Assembly (NCBI GenBank): GCA_977017645.1
Contig: OZ360220.1
Coordinates: 317,688,001 to 317,752,000, forward strand
Reading direction: 5' to 3'
DNA length: 64,000 bases
From: Torpedo marmorata
Lineage: Eukaryota
The notes under the pieces are model-generated. The model searched no databases. It was given only the letters and a program-made list of their open reading frames with translations, and was not told where the DNA came from. Shown piece after piece: positions 38,154 to 51,820 of the stretch. The translations under genes and the position numbers were made by a program. Positions within the stretch are counted from its first letter, which is position 1, and every line of letters starts with the position of its first letter.

Positions 38154-41100
38154 CAGAAAAACCTCTGTTATGCAGAATTCAAGCAACCAGCATCCGGCAA
38201 AAAAGTCAAGGGAAAAAAATAAATAATTAAAAAGAATTAAAATAAATAAGAATAAATAACATGTAAATAAAAGTTTAAAATTGTAAAAGTAAATGTTCTC
38301 TGAAGTAACACATAAACCTTTGGTGAAGATGGGAGCAAATATTCAGCCAGCGGAGTGCCTTGGTCGTGCTTTGCTCGTAGCAGCTGTTTGAATAAAGTTG
38401 TGTTTGAATAAAATGGTGTCGCTCAGGATGAAGAGCTGGTTGATGCTGTTGGCTGCTTGCTTAGTATGAGTCTTAGTAAGAGGCTCACTCCCTGCTTAGT
38501 AAGAGTCTTTATCTTTATAAGTATACAGTATTATTAAGTATATTAGTAAGGATTTATCTGTAAACTTGGGGAGGGGGGGGTTAATTATCTATAATGTTAT
38601 TGTTCACCTTTCGGGTGGCTCCGTGGAGATACAGCGATGGTTAAATGTTTTCAAGGAATGTGACTGAAAATAAAGTAAAATTCTTTAAGGTTTATATATT
38701 CATGCAAGTGAAGTTTGTTCAGTGTAAGTGCAGTGCCATATTTTTGTCTTTTAAACTGTTTATTCTTTTTTTTTTTTTTTTTTATTTAAACTTTTAAATC
38801 ACAAAATACATAAAATAAAATATAAAATTATCAAAATACATGTGATATATTTTCACCCCCCACCCTCCCTCCCCTCCCCAACCCCCCCATCCCCACTAAT
38901 CTAGTAAATATAAAATAAAAATAAAAATAGAAAAAAGAAAGGAAGAAAAAGATAGAATAAGGGGAATATCATCTATAAACTAATTCTATTATGGAGGTCA
39001 AATGTGCCAGTAGATCCGATATCCAGAGATCTTCAAATCCTTAAACCCACAGCTCTCATATATGGGCTCCAAATTTTCCAAAAAAAAAAGATATTTATTA
39101 CGTAAATTATAAGTAATTTTTTCCAGTGGTATACACGAACGGAGCTCTGCATGCCATCTTTTTAATCCTAAATCTAAGTCAGATTTCCAAGTAATAGCAA
39201 TGCATTTTTTCGAAACAGCTAAAGCAATTCGTAAAAATTCTACTTGAAACATATTTAATTTCTTTTTAATACTAAATTTTTTAATATCTCCAAATAAAAA
39301 TAACATAGGATCCATTGGAAATGTAATATTAAATATTTTATCTAAATTTTTTTTAACTTAAAACCAAAAATCTTGAATCTTTGGACAAAACCATGTAGAA
39401 TGAACAAAAGAACCTTCCTCATTATTGCATCTAAAACATAATCCTGATAATGTCGGATTAAATTTCTTTAATTTTTTAGGTGTTAAATATAATTGATGAA
39501 AGAAATTATATTGTACTAGTCTATATCTAACATTAATAATCTTCGTCATACTTAACTTACATAAATCTTTCCAGTGATTTTCATCTATATTTACATTTAA
39601 ATCTAATTCCCATTTTAATCTTGATTTATGCAATCCTATTTTAGGCATTTTCCTCTGAAACAACTTATACATTTGAGAAATAAATTTATTAACATCTCCA
39701 TTAGTAACTAATAATTCTAATTCATTTTGTCTTGGTAAAATCAAAGCATAACCTAATTTCTCAGTCAAAAAAGCTTTAACTTGATAATAAAGCTAAAAAT
39801 GTATTATCTGGTATATTAAATTTATCTTTCATTCTTTGAAACGTAATAAATTTTTCAGCTTCAAAACAATCATTTATCTTCTTAATACCTTTTTGAAACC
39901 AAATTTTAAGTAACTGATTATTAACAGTAAATGATATAAGTCCATTTTGATATAATGGCATATTTGAAGAAATTAATCCTCTTCCACCTATCTCTTTATC
40001 CAACTTACCCCATATTTCTAACAAATGTTTAATAATCGGTGAATTTTTCTTTTTTAATAATATTAATTTAGAATCCCATTTATAAATAATTTCTTCTTTA
40101 AGATTTTCTCCTATATTATTTAATTCTATTTTAATCCAAGCAGAAGATTTAGTTAAATCAAAAAATTCATTATCAAATTTCAGTTGAGCTGCTTCATAAT
40201 AATTTTGAAAATTAGGAAGTTGCAATCCACCCATCTCATAATTCCAGGTTAACCTTTCCATACTTACTCTTGCTAACTTTCCTTTCCATAAAAATTTCCT
40301 AACAATAAAATTTAAATCTTTTTTAAAATTTTGAGGAATTCCAAAAGGAATTGATTGAAAAAAATACTGCACTCTTGAAAAAATATTCATTTTAATACAA
40401 TTTACCCTTCCCATTAAAGTTATGGGTAAATCTTTCCAATTCTCTAGATCTTTCTTTATTTTCACAAATAATGGTAAATAGTTTAATTTATATAAATTTT
40501 CCAATTTTGTATCAACCTTAACCCCCAAATATTTAATTCCTTCTTTAGCCCATTTAAATTGTGTAATTTCTTTACATAAAGTATAATCACCTTGAGATAA
40601 AGCCATTATCTCACTTTTATCAGAATTAATTTTATACCCAGATACTTCACCATATTCTCTTAATATAATAGATAGTTGTTGAAGTGATATAATAGATTTT
40701 GTCATATATATCAATACATCATCTGCAAACAAACTAATCTTATGTTCTTCCATACCAACTTTAATACCTACTATCTTAGGATCTTTTCTAACTAATTCAG
40801 CCAAGGGTTCTATCGCCAAAACAAATAAAGCTGGTGACAGGGGACATCCCTGTCTCGTAGAACGTGTCAAAGAAAATTTTGGCGATATTTGTCCATTTGT
40901 AATTACTTTAGCTGATGGTTCTTTATATATAGTTTTAATCCAATTTATAAATGTATTTCCAAAACCAAATTTTTCTAATACCTTAAATAAAAAATTCCAT
41001 TCTAATCTATCAAAAGCCTTTTCAGCATCTAATGTTACAACTAATGATAAATCTTGCTTCTTTTTATGCAAACTAATTAAACTAATTAGTCTAGCTATAT

Positions 41101-42030
41101 TATCCTTTGAATATCTATTTTTAATAAAACCAGCTTGATCTATATGTATCAAATCTGGCAAATATTTAGCCATTCTGTTTGCTAAAATTTTTGCCATTAT
41201 TTTATAATCTACATTTAATAGTGAAATAGGTCTATATGATTCAGTTTTTAATACATCTCTGTCCTTCTTTGGTATAACTGTAATTATAGCATTTAAAAAT
41301 GTTTTCAGCAATGAATGAGTTTCCGTAATTTGATCCGATACCTCCATATATGGAGGTATCAATAAATCTTTAAATTCTTTATAAAATTCTGATGAAAACC
41401 CATCATCACCCGGAGATTTACCACTCTTCAGCGAAGAAAAAACTTCACTAACTTCCCTCATTGTGAAAGGCAAATCTAAAGAATCTCTACTCCGAATATT
41501 CAATTTAGGTAATACAATTTTAGATAGGAATCTATTAATTTTAGAATCATCTTGATCAATCTGCGATTTATATAAATTCTGATAATAATCTTTAAAAGTT
41601 TCATTTATCTCTTGAGGTTTATAAGTTATTTCTCCAGTATTTTTCTTCCTTATAGCATTTATAGTTTTAGAAACTTGTTCTTTTTTTAATTGCCATGCCA
41701 AAACCTTATGTGCTCTTTCTCCTAATTCATAATATCTTTGTTTAGTTTTCTCAATTACTTTTTCCATTCTATTTGTTTGTAATAAATTATAATGTAATTT
41801 CTTCCCTATTAAACGATTTCTTTTTTGAATTGATCTATTTCTCTGTAAATCCTTCTCCATAAGTTCAATTTCTTTTTCCAGTTTTTCTGATTCCTTAAGA
41901 TAATAAACTGTTTATTCTTAATGCAGGTGTATTAGTTAGGTATTGTAAGAGTGAGTCTCAAGCAACGAGAAAACTCGCTTAAATGGCATCTACCAATCCC
42001 CTTAGGTGCCGGATACCAGGGGTTTTATTG
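38154..42030. mobile_element. Tigger/pogo-like non-autonomous DNA transposon split by L1
   Basis: TA flanks at 38152-38153 and 42031-42032; imperfect TIR cagaaaaacctctgttat / ataccaggggttttattg. Confidence 0.65.
38768..41903 (-). mobile_element. L1 family A, 5'-truncated, 694-aa RT ORF
   Basis: ORF 39776-41860; poly(T) on the + strand; 16-bp TSD taaactgtttattctt at 38752-38767 and 41904-41919. Confidence 0.95.
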
Positions 42031-42275
42031 TATATGCATTACCAACACTCAAAGTCACTTCTCCTTCAAAATAGTTGTGGGAAAAATGGTTAGATTAAAT
42101 TAAAGAAGATTTGATTACTAAAATTATTTGTTATTTTTCTTTTGACAGTTCCTGAATGGTTATTAAAATAAAGTTTTTAAAAACACAATCATAACTGAAA
42201 TCAATGAATTAAAAACCATCAATAAAGCAACAGAACATTCACACACAGGTGATGGACAAAACAACTTTTCCATAC

Positions 42276-42416
42276 CTTATGCTGTCTGTAGAGGCTGTTA
42301 TAAATGAGTCTAAAAGATTTCCGTGTATAACTGCTTCTGTATGCACCTCCAACCAGGTATTCCATCACCAAACCAATATCGATCAGGGTAACCTTGTAAC
42401 CAGGTGGTAAGTTGCT
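42276..42416 (-). CDS. TRPM6: TRPM6 coding exon (141 bp)
   Basis: tag|AGC AAC...CAT AAG|gtatgg; [47 protein letters not shown]. Confidence 0.94.
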
Positions 42417-42871
42417 CTAAAAACAAGAACTGGTATTAAAATTCTCTGTAAAATCTGCATACTTTATTTGTGATGCAAAATTCTCTTCAATCATCTCATT
42501 GCCTATTGAGTTGACTTACTTCAGCTTAATTTTCTCAGTCAATAGCTGCCGTGGGACATGCCATGCTGGGACTGAAAATGCTCAAGGATAAAGTTTTCCT
42601 TATAAGTCAAAAACCTATGTAGACATAGCCTCTCCCTGTTGAGTCTTTCCTCATTCAGATTTTCTATTTTCTGTAACAGGACAATGGCCAATGTCCACCC
42701 AAATGAAAAGTGCTTTAAACAGTTGTTTTTCATATATCAACTTTGAACAGTTGTTTTTCATATAAATAGGCAGGTCTGAATGGCCTAATTCTACTCCTGT
42801 GGTCTTATGGTCTTTTTCATGGAAGCAAACCCAACAAAACCTTAGGGCCTCAGAACAAAAAGACGGAAAGA

Positions 42872-43910
42872 TCACAGTCTGTCTGGGTCGGTAGCAGAAC
42901 GTCGAGCACCGTCACGCTGAGCACTGGTGCACCTCAGGGATGTGAGCTCAGCCCGCTCCTGTTCACACTACTGACCCACAACTGTATCACCAGATCCAAC
43001 TCCAACAGTATCATCAAGTTTGCAGATGACACAACAGTAGTTGGCCTCATCAGCAACAACGATGAGTCGCACGATAGAGAAGAGGTGGAAAATCTCGTGA
43101 AATGGTGTGAGAGCAACAACCTGAGTCTCAACGTGGACAAGACGAAGGAGATGAACGTGGACTTCAGGAGGACCAGGAATGACCACCCTCCACTACACAT
43201 CAACAACTCTGTAGTGGAGAGAGTGGAGAGCACCAAGTTCCTTGGAGTTCACTTAACTAGTGACCTATCGTGGACACTCAAAATCTCCTCACTTGTCAGG
43301 AAGGTGCAACAGCGACTGCACTTCCTGAGAAGACTGAAGCAGGCAAGGCTACCAGCCACCATTATGTTTACCTTCTACAGAAGCTCTATCAAAAGAGCCC
43401 TGGCCGGCTGCATCACAGTGTGGTACGGTTGCTGCAGAGAAATGGATCAGAGGTCAATCCACAGGACCATAGGAGTGGCAGAGAGGATCACTGGAGACAC
43501 CCTGCCCCCATCAACGTGATCTACCAGGATCGTTGTCTGAAAATGGCATGCAAAATCATTGAGGACCCCTTCCACCCTGCACACAGTATCTTTCAGCTGC
43601 TCCCGTCGGGGAAGAGATACAGGAGTATCAGAGCCAGCACCACCAGGCTGAGGAACAGTTTCTTCCCACAGGCAGTGAGAATGCTGAACGACCAAAGGAA
43701 CTGCTCACACTAACCATCCGAGACTCTCATTTGTACAAAACAATATTTATTTATTTATTTTTGTAGATATAATACTTGTCCTGCATATGTATTATTTGTC
43801 TGTGTGTGTTATGTCTGGTTGTGTGTCTGCATATTTTTGCACCGAGGACCGGAGAACAGTTTCGTCGGGTTGTACTTGTACAATCAGATGACAATAAACG
43901 TGACTTGACT
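42872..43910 (+). mobile_element. Rex1/Babar-like LINE, 5'-truncated
   Basis: TGAPQGCELSP, KFADDTT, LLPSGKRYRSI; aataaa plus gacttgact tail. Confidence 0.88.
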
Positions 43911-43923
43911 AATTATATTAATG

Positions 43924-43926
<3 letters not shown>

Positions 43927-43958
<32 letters not shown>
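43927..43958. repeat. (TTA)n microsatellite
   Basis: about 10 consecutive tta units. Confidence 0.9.
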
Positions 43959-43960
<2 letters not shown>

Positions 43961-44311
43961 AATAATCATGTTCTGCATTTCCAAATGAACACAAATGTAA
44001 AATAAGGAAATCAGGAAAAAATTGTCTCATACAACAACCTGAAAAGATTTCTTTACATAATAGTCAGTATGCTGTGTGGAGAGATGATTTTACACTTATT
44101 TACCTAAATTAGATGTTTAAGATGTTAAGAATATGGTTTGATTGCCGACAGAGGACTAAACAAATGCTAAGGTATGGAATGGGTAAGTCCAGTATGAGAG
44201 AGCATTTGGAAGTGAAGTTCCATCCTTCTCAGACATGTCTATATTGCACACTCAGCATAAATAAATAAACACTAACATACACTTAGCGAGTGTCTCTACA
44301 CCCAACTATAC

Positions 44312-44365
44312 CTGCTTCATATCTTGAACCAAGTGGTGCAACAAAAGATTAGTTGGACTTTGTTT
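44312..44365 (-). CDS. TRPM6: TRPM6 coding exon (54 bp)
   Basis: cag|AAA CAA AGT...AAG CAG|gtatag; KQSPTNLLLHHLVQDMKQ, close to recalled TRPM6 KQGPTNTLLHHLVQDVKQ. Confidence 0.92.
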
Positions 44366-45149
44366 CTGTGGAGTAAATTATTAATATATCAGTATATTTT
44401 CTGTTGAAATACAGATATAAGTTAATGTTACAGATTAACCATCACTTCAACACAGACCATGGATCAGGTAGTCATTCAACTGACCTAACAAAGACCCCTC
44501 AGAATTTCCAAGCTCAAGATTGGGATGTAATGTATCACTTGTCCACGTATGTCATCACCACAACAATCCAAATGTTGGACTTCACCCAAAATGAGGTGAT
44601 AAATTGATCAGTCCACTCTATCTCCAGTCTCTCCACCTTCAGTGCAATGTGCTTTCAATATTCCCTGTCTAGAGGCAACGGCATAGCAAGTCACCAATCT
44701 TATTTCATTCTCTCCTCCCTGACCGTGACTTCTATGAACATGGACAGGATTAAAAAAAGATCAACATGCATCCTGCCTCAGACGTACTGAGGTGACATTC
44801 CTTGTGGCCACCAGTGCAACATGGGAAATGGCAAAATGACAGCTTGATTTACACTCCGTCAAAATTTCTTTCCTATTGAGAACTACCGAGGTGAATTTCA
44901 CTCCAATATCATCACTGGGTCAAATACAGGATTATTTCCACTAATCACTGACACCACCCTGTATGACTCTTCTTCCTCTATCTGACCCATTTGGTCTCTC
45001 TCTTGCTTTGTTCGGCATCTCCCAGTCCACTGCCTCTGTCTGTCATGTTTCACCTCTGCCTGATTTGCCAATCCCATGTGGGGCCCCTGTCTCACCCCAT
45101 CCCACCCTGTCCTCTTAATACTTCTTCTGTACTACAGTAACTATCCTCA

Positions 45150-45712
45150 CACCTGATGAAAAGTTCTGGGTACATCAGCAAAATGTTGATCATTCTTTCT
45201 CTCCCACTGATGCTGTTCAACCTGCTAAGTTCCTCCAGCAGAAAGTGTTTAGCTTCAGATTCTAGCATCTGCTACGAGCAAATTGGAGGAACAACACCTT
45301 GTATTCTGTCTGGGCACTCTCCAATCAGATGGCATTAAACTAGTTTTCTCAAATTTCTGTTAATCCACTCCCCCCAAGTCTCTCTTTCCCCATCCCTCTG
45401 TCTTCTTTCCTCCAGCTTCCCACCCCTTCCCTTCCCGCTCCTATCATAGAGCTATCTTCTCCCCATCACATTTCAGCTATTTTTTTCTATCCTCCCACCT
45501 TTATCCACCTATGACCTCTTACCTATTAGCTTGTGCTCCTCCCTCTGCCCCTTTCTCCGGCTTCTCCTCTCCCCCTACCTTTTTATTCAGGTGCTTGCCT
45601 GCTTTTGCTTCTAGCTGACGAAGGGCCCAGGCCTGAAACGTTGATTACCCGTTATTTCATATGGATACTGCATGACCTGCTGAGTTTCTCGAACACATTT
45701 GTGTATTGCATT
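45150..45712 (+). mobile_element. Penelope-like element remnants (GIY-YIG C-terminus and terminal repeat)
   Basis: KLEEQHLVFCLGTLQSDGI near 45280; pyrimidine-rich UTR; ctgacga...gaaacgtt motif. Confidence 0.75.
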
Positions 45713-45764
45713 GTCACACAGAATTCTTTGCCTGACAGGAATATTTGGGTACATCAGCAAAGAA

Positions 45765-46370
45765 AATATTGGAAGATGAGAAGGGGAAATTGATATTGAA
45801 TAATGATGAAATGGCCGAGGCCTTGAACAAATATTTTGTGTCAGTCTTCATGGTAGAAGACACGTCCAGCATGCCAAAGAGTGGAGATAGGGATGCGAAT
45901 GTTGGTGATGGCCTTGATAAAATAGTTGTTACAAAGGAGGTAGTGATGAACAAACTAATGGGACTAAAGCCGGACAAATCCCCTGGTCCTGATGAAATGC
46001 ATCCCACGGTTCTGAGGGAAATGGCAGAAGTTATAGTCGATGCATTGGTGGTCATATACCAAAATTCTCTGGATTCTGGGCAGGTCCCGGCAGATTGGAA
46101 GACAGCAAATGTCACGCCACTTTTTAAGAAGGGATGTAGGCAGAAGACTGGGAACTATCGGCCAATTATCTTAACGTCTGTAGTTGGGAAAATGCTTGAA
46201 GCTGTCATTAAGGATGAAATAGTGAGACATTTAGAACGAAAGGGTTCAATCAGGCAGACGCAGCATGGGTTTAGGAAGGGCAGATCTTGTTTGACAAACT
46301 TGTTGGAGTACTGAGGATGTGGAGAGGCTGCAGAGGGATATAGTTAAGTTAGGTGAGTGGGCAAAGTTTT
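45765..46370 (+). mobile_element. CR1 ORF2 internal fragment
   Basis: KSPGPDEMHP, NYRPIILTS, QHGFRKGRSCLTNL. Confidence 0.88.
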
Positions 46371-46879
46371 AATCCTCTTATGAAACCCACAATAGGCAAA
46401 ACATCAACTGGGTTGGCAGGAAAAGTCATTTTCTGTTCAACCCATCATTGGAATCATGGTCACTATTTGAAAAGACAGGATAAAGCAAGCTGGCTGTGAG
46501 CCGGTGCTCCCTTCGATATAACTGATGGTCAGTGACTTGCTGCTTGTTTTGGGCCTTTGCATGTGATTGGCAAAAGGCAGAAAGCTGAGACAGGCTGGAG
46601 TTCAGATACCAGTACTCCCACTCTACCCCTAACCTCATCACTGGGCCCGGTGGGGGAGGGCTGATGTACTGGAAAGTGGAGCTGCTGCATATCGTATCTG
46701 GCGTCTTAACCCATGTACATTGCATTGGGATCACTCAGCAGCACTCAATGGGAAAGAGGTGCTAAGTTTATTTATTTTAACTTTTTAAATGAGGTGTTCA
46801 CTTAATTATATGTTTTTAGATGGCTTTTAAAATGTTTTTAAATTATTTAAATCCAGTCGAACTTTCTTTTAATACAAGA

Positions 46880-48240
46880 TCAGGAGTAGGCCAATTGATC
46901 CCTTGAGCCCTCAACACCATTCAATAAGATCATGGTTGACCAAATCATGGCCATACCACCACTTTTCCACACTCTCCCCATACCCTTGGACTCTCTTTAG
47001 CTTAAATATTTGTCAAATATATGCCTTGAATATATTCAATAATTTCAGCTCCACAGTTGTCAGGTAGTTACAAAATAATCCTGAAAATAAGTTCTTCCAC
47101 GTCTCAATCGAAAATGGATGACATTTCTGAAGCTCTGCCCCGCATGTACCCTTACTAGGAAACATACTCTCAGCATCCACCCAATCAATGCCCCTCTTCT
47201 ATACTCCAATCAGCTTAATCCAACCTGAACAAAATGTCTTCATATGCCAGTCCCTTCTCTTCACTGCCTCCAATGCAAGCACATACCGTATATCCTTACA
47301 ACAGAAGTGAACTGTACACAATTCTCCAAATGTAGTGTCAGAAGTCCCCTGTAAGGTTGCATCAAAGCTTTGCTACTTTAAGGCTCCATACACTTTGCAA
47401 TAAGGGGCATATTCCATTCACCTTCCTAATTACTTTGTGTGCCAACATGCTAACTTCTTGTGTTTCAGGTATGAAAACCCACAGATCTTTATGTACCACA
47501 ATATTTTGCATTCAAACTCTGTTTTAAGTATTAATCTACTTTTTCATTCTTCCTTTCAAACTGGATAACCTCACATTTTCCCACAGTATCCTCCATCTTA
47601 CCCACTCACTTATTTAAATTTTTAAAATTTAGACATACATACAGCACGATAATAGGCCCTTTCGGCCCACGAGCTCGTGTCGCCCAATTACATCCAATTG
47701 ACCTACAACCCCCGATAAGTTTTTTGAACAGTGGGTGGAAACCGGAGTACCCAGGGAAAACCCACACTGACACGGGGAGAACATACAAACTCCTTACAGA
47801 CAGCGCGGGATTCGAATCCCGGTCCCAATCACTGGCGCTGTAACAGTGTTGTGTTAACCGCTACACCAACTGTGCCACCCTTAATCTACCTATACCCTTT
47901 ATGGGCTCTTTGTGCCTTCCTCATACAATTCTGCATCATCAGCAAATCTTACTGCCATGTGTTTGGTCCTTTCATCCAAACCTTCAATGCAGATTATAAA
48001 TAGTGGAGGCCTATGCACTGATCTCTGTGGTACCCCACTAATAATCATCTGCTAATCCTGAGTTAGATTTTTGTTTGTGAGCTAATCCCCTATCTGTACC
48101 AATATACTACACCCAACCTGACGTGTACTTATCTGGTAAACTTATTTTTTTATGTTAATCATTGCCTTCTGGAAATCCAAATGTGTTACATCAACTGGTT
48201 CCCCTTTATCTATCCTGTTTGTTACATCTTCAAATAAACC
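46880..48240 (-). mobile_element. Degenerate CR1 remnant containing a SINE
   Basis: eroded reverse-complement CR1 3' sequence (accattcaataagatcatgg, ggataacctcacatttt). Confidence 0.6.
47610..47880 (-). mobile_element. tRNA-derived SINE
   Basis: reverse complement of the 37868 copy. Confidence 0.88.
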
Positions 48241-48399
48241 AGAAAATTTCTCAACAAAATGTTCTTTTTATAAGACATAGAGTGGATCAGCCCAAAATGT
48301 ACAACAATCTTTGCTTTTCACTCAGCATTCTATTGTGGCCATCCTCTGTAAATAAATGTTCTAACATGTGAAAGAAAGCCTCATGCAGTTAAAAAATCA

Positions 48400-48585
<186 letters not shown>

Positions 48586-50619
48586 TTAAATATCTCAATT
48601 AACTCCAAGCCCAACCATTGCAGTTTTCTGAGTTCTGGTTAAAATTATAAATTGTGTTAGCTGTCATATAAACCTAGTGTAGATACATTGATAAGCAAGG
48701 ATGCTTTATAAACTTGCGAATTATACTAGCAGAAAAAGTCTAAATTTTAAATAGGTAGGAAGGCTGATGAGGACCAGAAAGGGAAAATTCTTTCACACCT
48801 GCAACAAACCATTTCAATATCTGATCAAACCACCAACCCCTTAATCACTTCCAGATCTTGTTTGCTGTTTCCAAAATTCACAGACTTCCTTTTGTTCTTT
48901 ACTGAGTTGCAGTGATGCTGACTGTAATTGGAAAGTCATTACTACTGTTGATTTCACAGCAATGTTACCTGATCGGAACAGATTTTTCCACTGATGGAAT
49001 GAGTGGACATTCCTGGCAGCAGGAAGCCAAGCAATCCTGATTTATGCGATCAGTAAGATGAAGAGCTTAGATATGAATCCACAGCTCACCAAATCAGGGT
49101 TGAACAGCCTGCTGGCAAGTAAATGGAATCAAACACAAGGCAGATAGGACCAATTATGAACCAATCACAGTTCAAAAGTAATGCAGCAGAACACACAGAA
49201 ATGTTCTGCTCTCATCTATCCTCGAAAATTAACTCTGAAGTTATCCACTTAGGGCTTTTCTGTCTCACCTCCCACCAGAACTCCATCTCACACAAAGCTT
49301 AGGAGGAAATCTTGTTTTATGAAAATGAAATCTGGGTGGGAAAATGACCAGGTTAACATCGGAATGTTACCCAAAGCAACCGTCTGAAACCCACACAGAG
49401 CTCTCACCATCTATAGCCAGGCACAAATACAGTTAAGATTCTTGAAAAGGTCCCAGTCCTTACCCACATCACAGAAACAACATGTTGACTAGCTTAGAAG
49501 TCAAGAAAAAGACAATATTTTCTTCCTAGACATGTTTCCTTGGTGGAGTGGCTGTAGGCTGCTATGAAATCCATTACTGGTGTGGAGTGCACCATTGACA
49601 TGCTCTTAGGGGCATCACAATAGTCTCCGGTAAATGACTGTTTTGAGCAACAAAGACTACAGATGCTTCAATCTTAAGGAAACATGAGTTACTAGAGGAA
49701 CTCAGCGAGGCAGGTTGCATCCATGGGCAGAACGATCAGTCAGCATTTCAGATTGGGAAAGGGGGATTATATTATATATATGAATGGAGAAAGGAACTGT
49801 AGATGGGCCAAGGGGTGACAGGGTATTAGGCAAAAGATTGAAGATTTCTGTATACTTCAAGTGGACCGGAGCCCATTCACCACAGCCCCTGACTCCTAAC
49901 CAGCGTCCGGCCCCACCATATCTGCAGCAGCAGAACACATTCTTAGAATTTTCAATTTTGGCTTAATCTCTCTCATTGTCAACTTGCCATAGAAATAGTT
50001 TATTTTTTATTGATTGATGCCTCTCAGATTGCGACAACTATTGAATCCCATCTTATTCTTCCCTGTGCTGATAAAGAGTCCCATTCTCTCTCTCATCCCC
50101 ACATTGACCCTGAGCTTCTGATTGTCAGGCATTTTACCAACGTCATTTAGATGCCACTCTGATCTCTGTCTGTGGTCTTTTACACCATTACAAAGAGGAC
50201 CAGAGCTAGCTGGAGGACCAACACCTCCTTTTTTATCTGGGCACAGAACAGCCTGCAGGACTCTACTTTGATTTCTCCAACTTCAGATAAATTGATCGCT
50301 CTTTCTTCCTGTTTGTTTCAGGTCTGGCCATTTGTACATGCCATTACTCTCTGTTTTTGTTTTCATTTGTATATTCTGGTCTGTTCAGGACATATCAGTA
50401 GGCCAGACAATCCAACGTCACCCAGACTTCCCCACATTAGTGACACGTTACACATGCAAAGGACCTTAACAGTCCATTCAATGGCTGTCCATCATTTCAC
50501 TCAATTACTTACATTCCCTTTGTGCTCCCCATTGCCCTCCTCCAACTTCTCCATTATGTAGACTAATTTGTTTTCTGTCTTTCCCAGGCCTGACATACTG
50601 TAGGGTCTTCAACCTGCAA

Positions 50620-51219
50620 TAGCCCTTTTTATGGTGCAACCCCGCAATAAAGTAGGCTCAATAAAATAAAATAAAAAGGTGAACTTATTTTTTATGGTGA
50701 TGACCTATATGACATTTCCAGCGTTGTCTTTATGCTGAGCTGCGTCGGGAACCGGCTTCCCGATCTGAGGGAGGCGGGGCGAGTGGTGCAGTAGCGCCGC
50801 CCGTCGCCGTGAAGTCAAACATACGTGCCGACCAATGGCCGTCTTCGTTACCCATAATCACCCACGCAGCTGGAACCGCTCTGCCAGCGCCAGTGTCAGG
50901 GAAACGCAGAGCGGTTCCAGCTGCGTGGGGGATTATGGGTAACGAAGACGGCCATTGCCATATACATCAACTCTCCTGGGTCGCGGGCTGATGGCGTCAT
51001 CGCGACGTCATCAGACCTCCCCTTGCCAGACGCTTTAGGCTGCTTTCGTTTTATGGAGGAGGTGGAGAGATTCTCTCCACCTCTGTGTCTACCTCCTAGG
51101 CGTTTCGGAGTACGCCTTGCCAATCCGCCATCGGACTTTTTATGAAGGTAAGTGAGGCGACTTAAAGACAGAAATGTTCTGTCTTTAACATCGCTTTCTT
51201 TGCACTATAAAAGGGGCTA
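50620..51219. mobile_element. MITE with ~20-bp TIRs and a large internal hairpin
   Basis: tagccctttttatggtgcaa / ttgcactataaaaggggcta; inserted in a Penelope-like remnant; TSD TA or TAG; superfamily uncertain. Confidence 0.75.
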
Positions 51220-51574
51220 GTGTCAGGTGGTTTATCTTTCCACAGATGCTGCTCAACTTCCAGCATTTCTGTTCATGGTTCAATGGATTTGTTTCTCGAC
51301 TTTATCGGATATCTTTATATTATTCAGTGATTCTTGCAAAAATGCAACCATGAAGTTGATGTAATCTGATTGAAAAGCAATGCTTTCGGTGGTCAAATAG
51401 TTCTTTTAAAATAAAGGGTAAAACAATCAGCGAGAGGAACTCAGCAGGTGGAGCACAGCTGGAGGAATTCAGCAGACCGAGCAATGTTACACACACCATT
51501 TGGAGAGATGTTTCTCCAGTAATCAATTTTAATTACAATTTTTAATCTTTTAGTAATTAGAATAAGAATTAGAA

Positions 51575-51665
51575 TAGAGACAGAGACAGAGAGAGAGAGT
51601 TGGAGAGAGATAGAGAGAGAGAGTTGGAGAGAGAGAGATAGAGAGAGAGAGAGAGTTGGAGAGAG
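51575..51665. repeat. (GA)n-rich repeat in the CR1 5' region
   Basis: gagagagagagttgga units. Confidence 0.85.
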
Positions 51666-51820
51666 TGTGGATATGGCAGCCAAGGCAGGGAAATGCTCCT
51701 CTTGCAGGATGTGGGTCGTCAGGGAAACCAGCAGTATCCCTGATGACTTCATCTGTGAGAAGTGCATCCAACTCCAGCTCCTGACAAAGGAATTCAAACT
51801 GAGTTAAGGAATTGGAGCTG

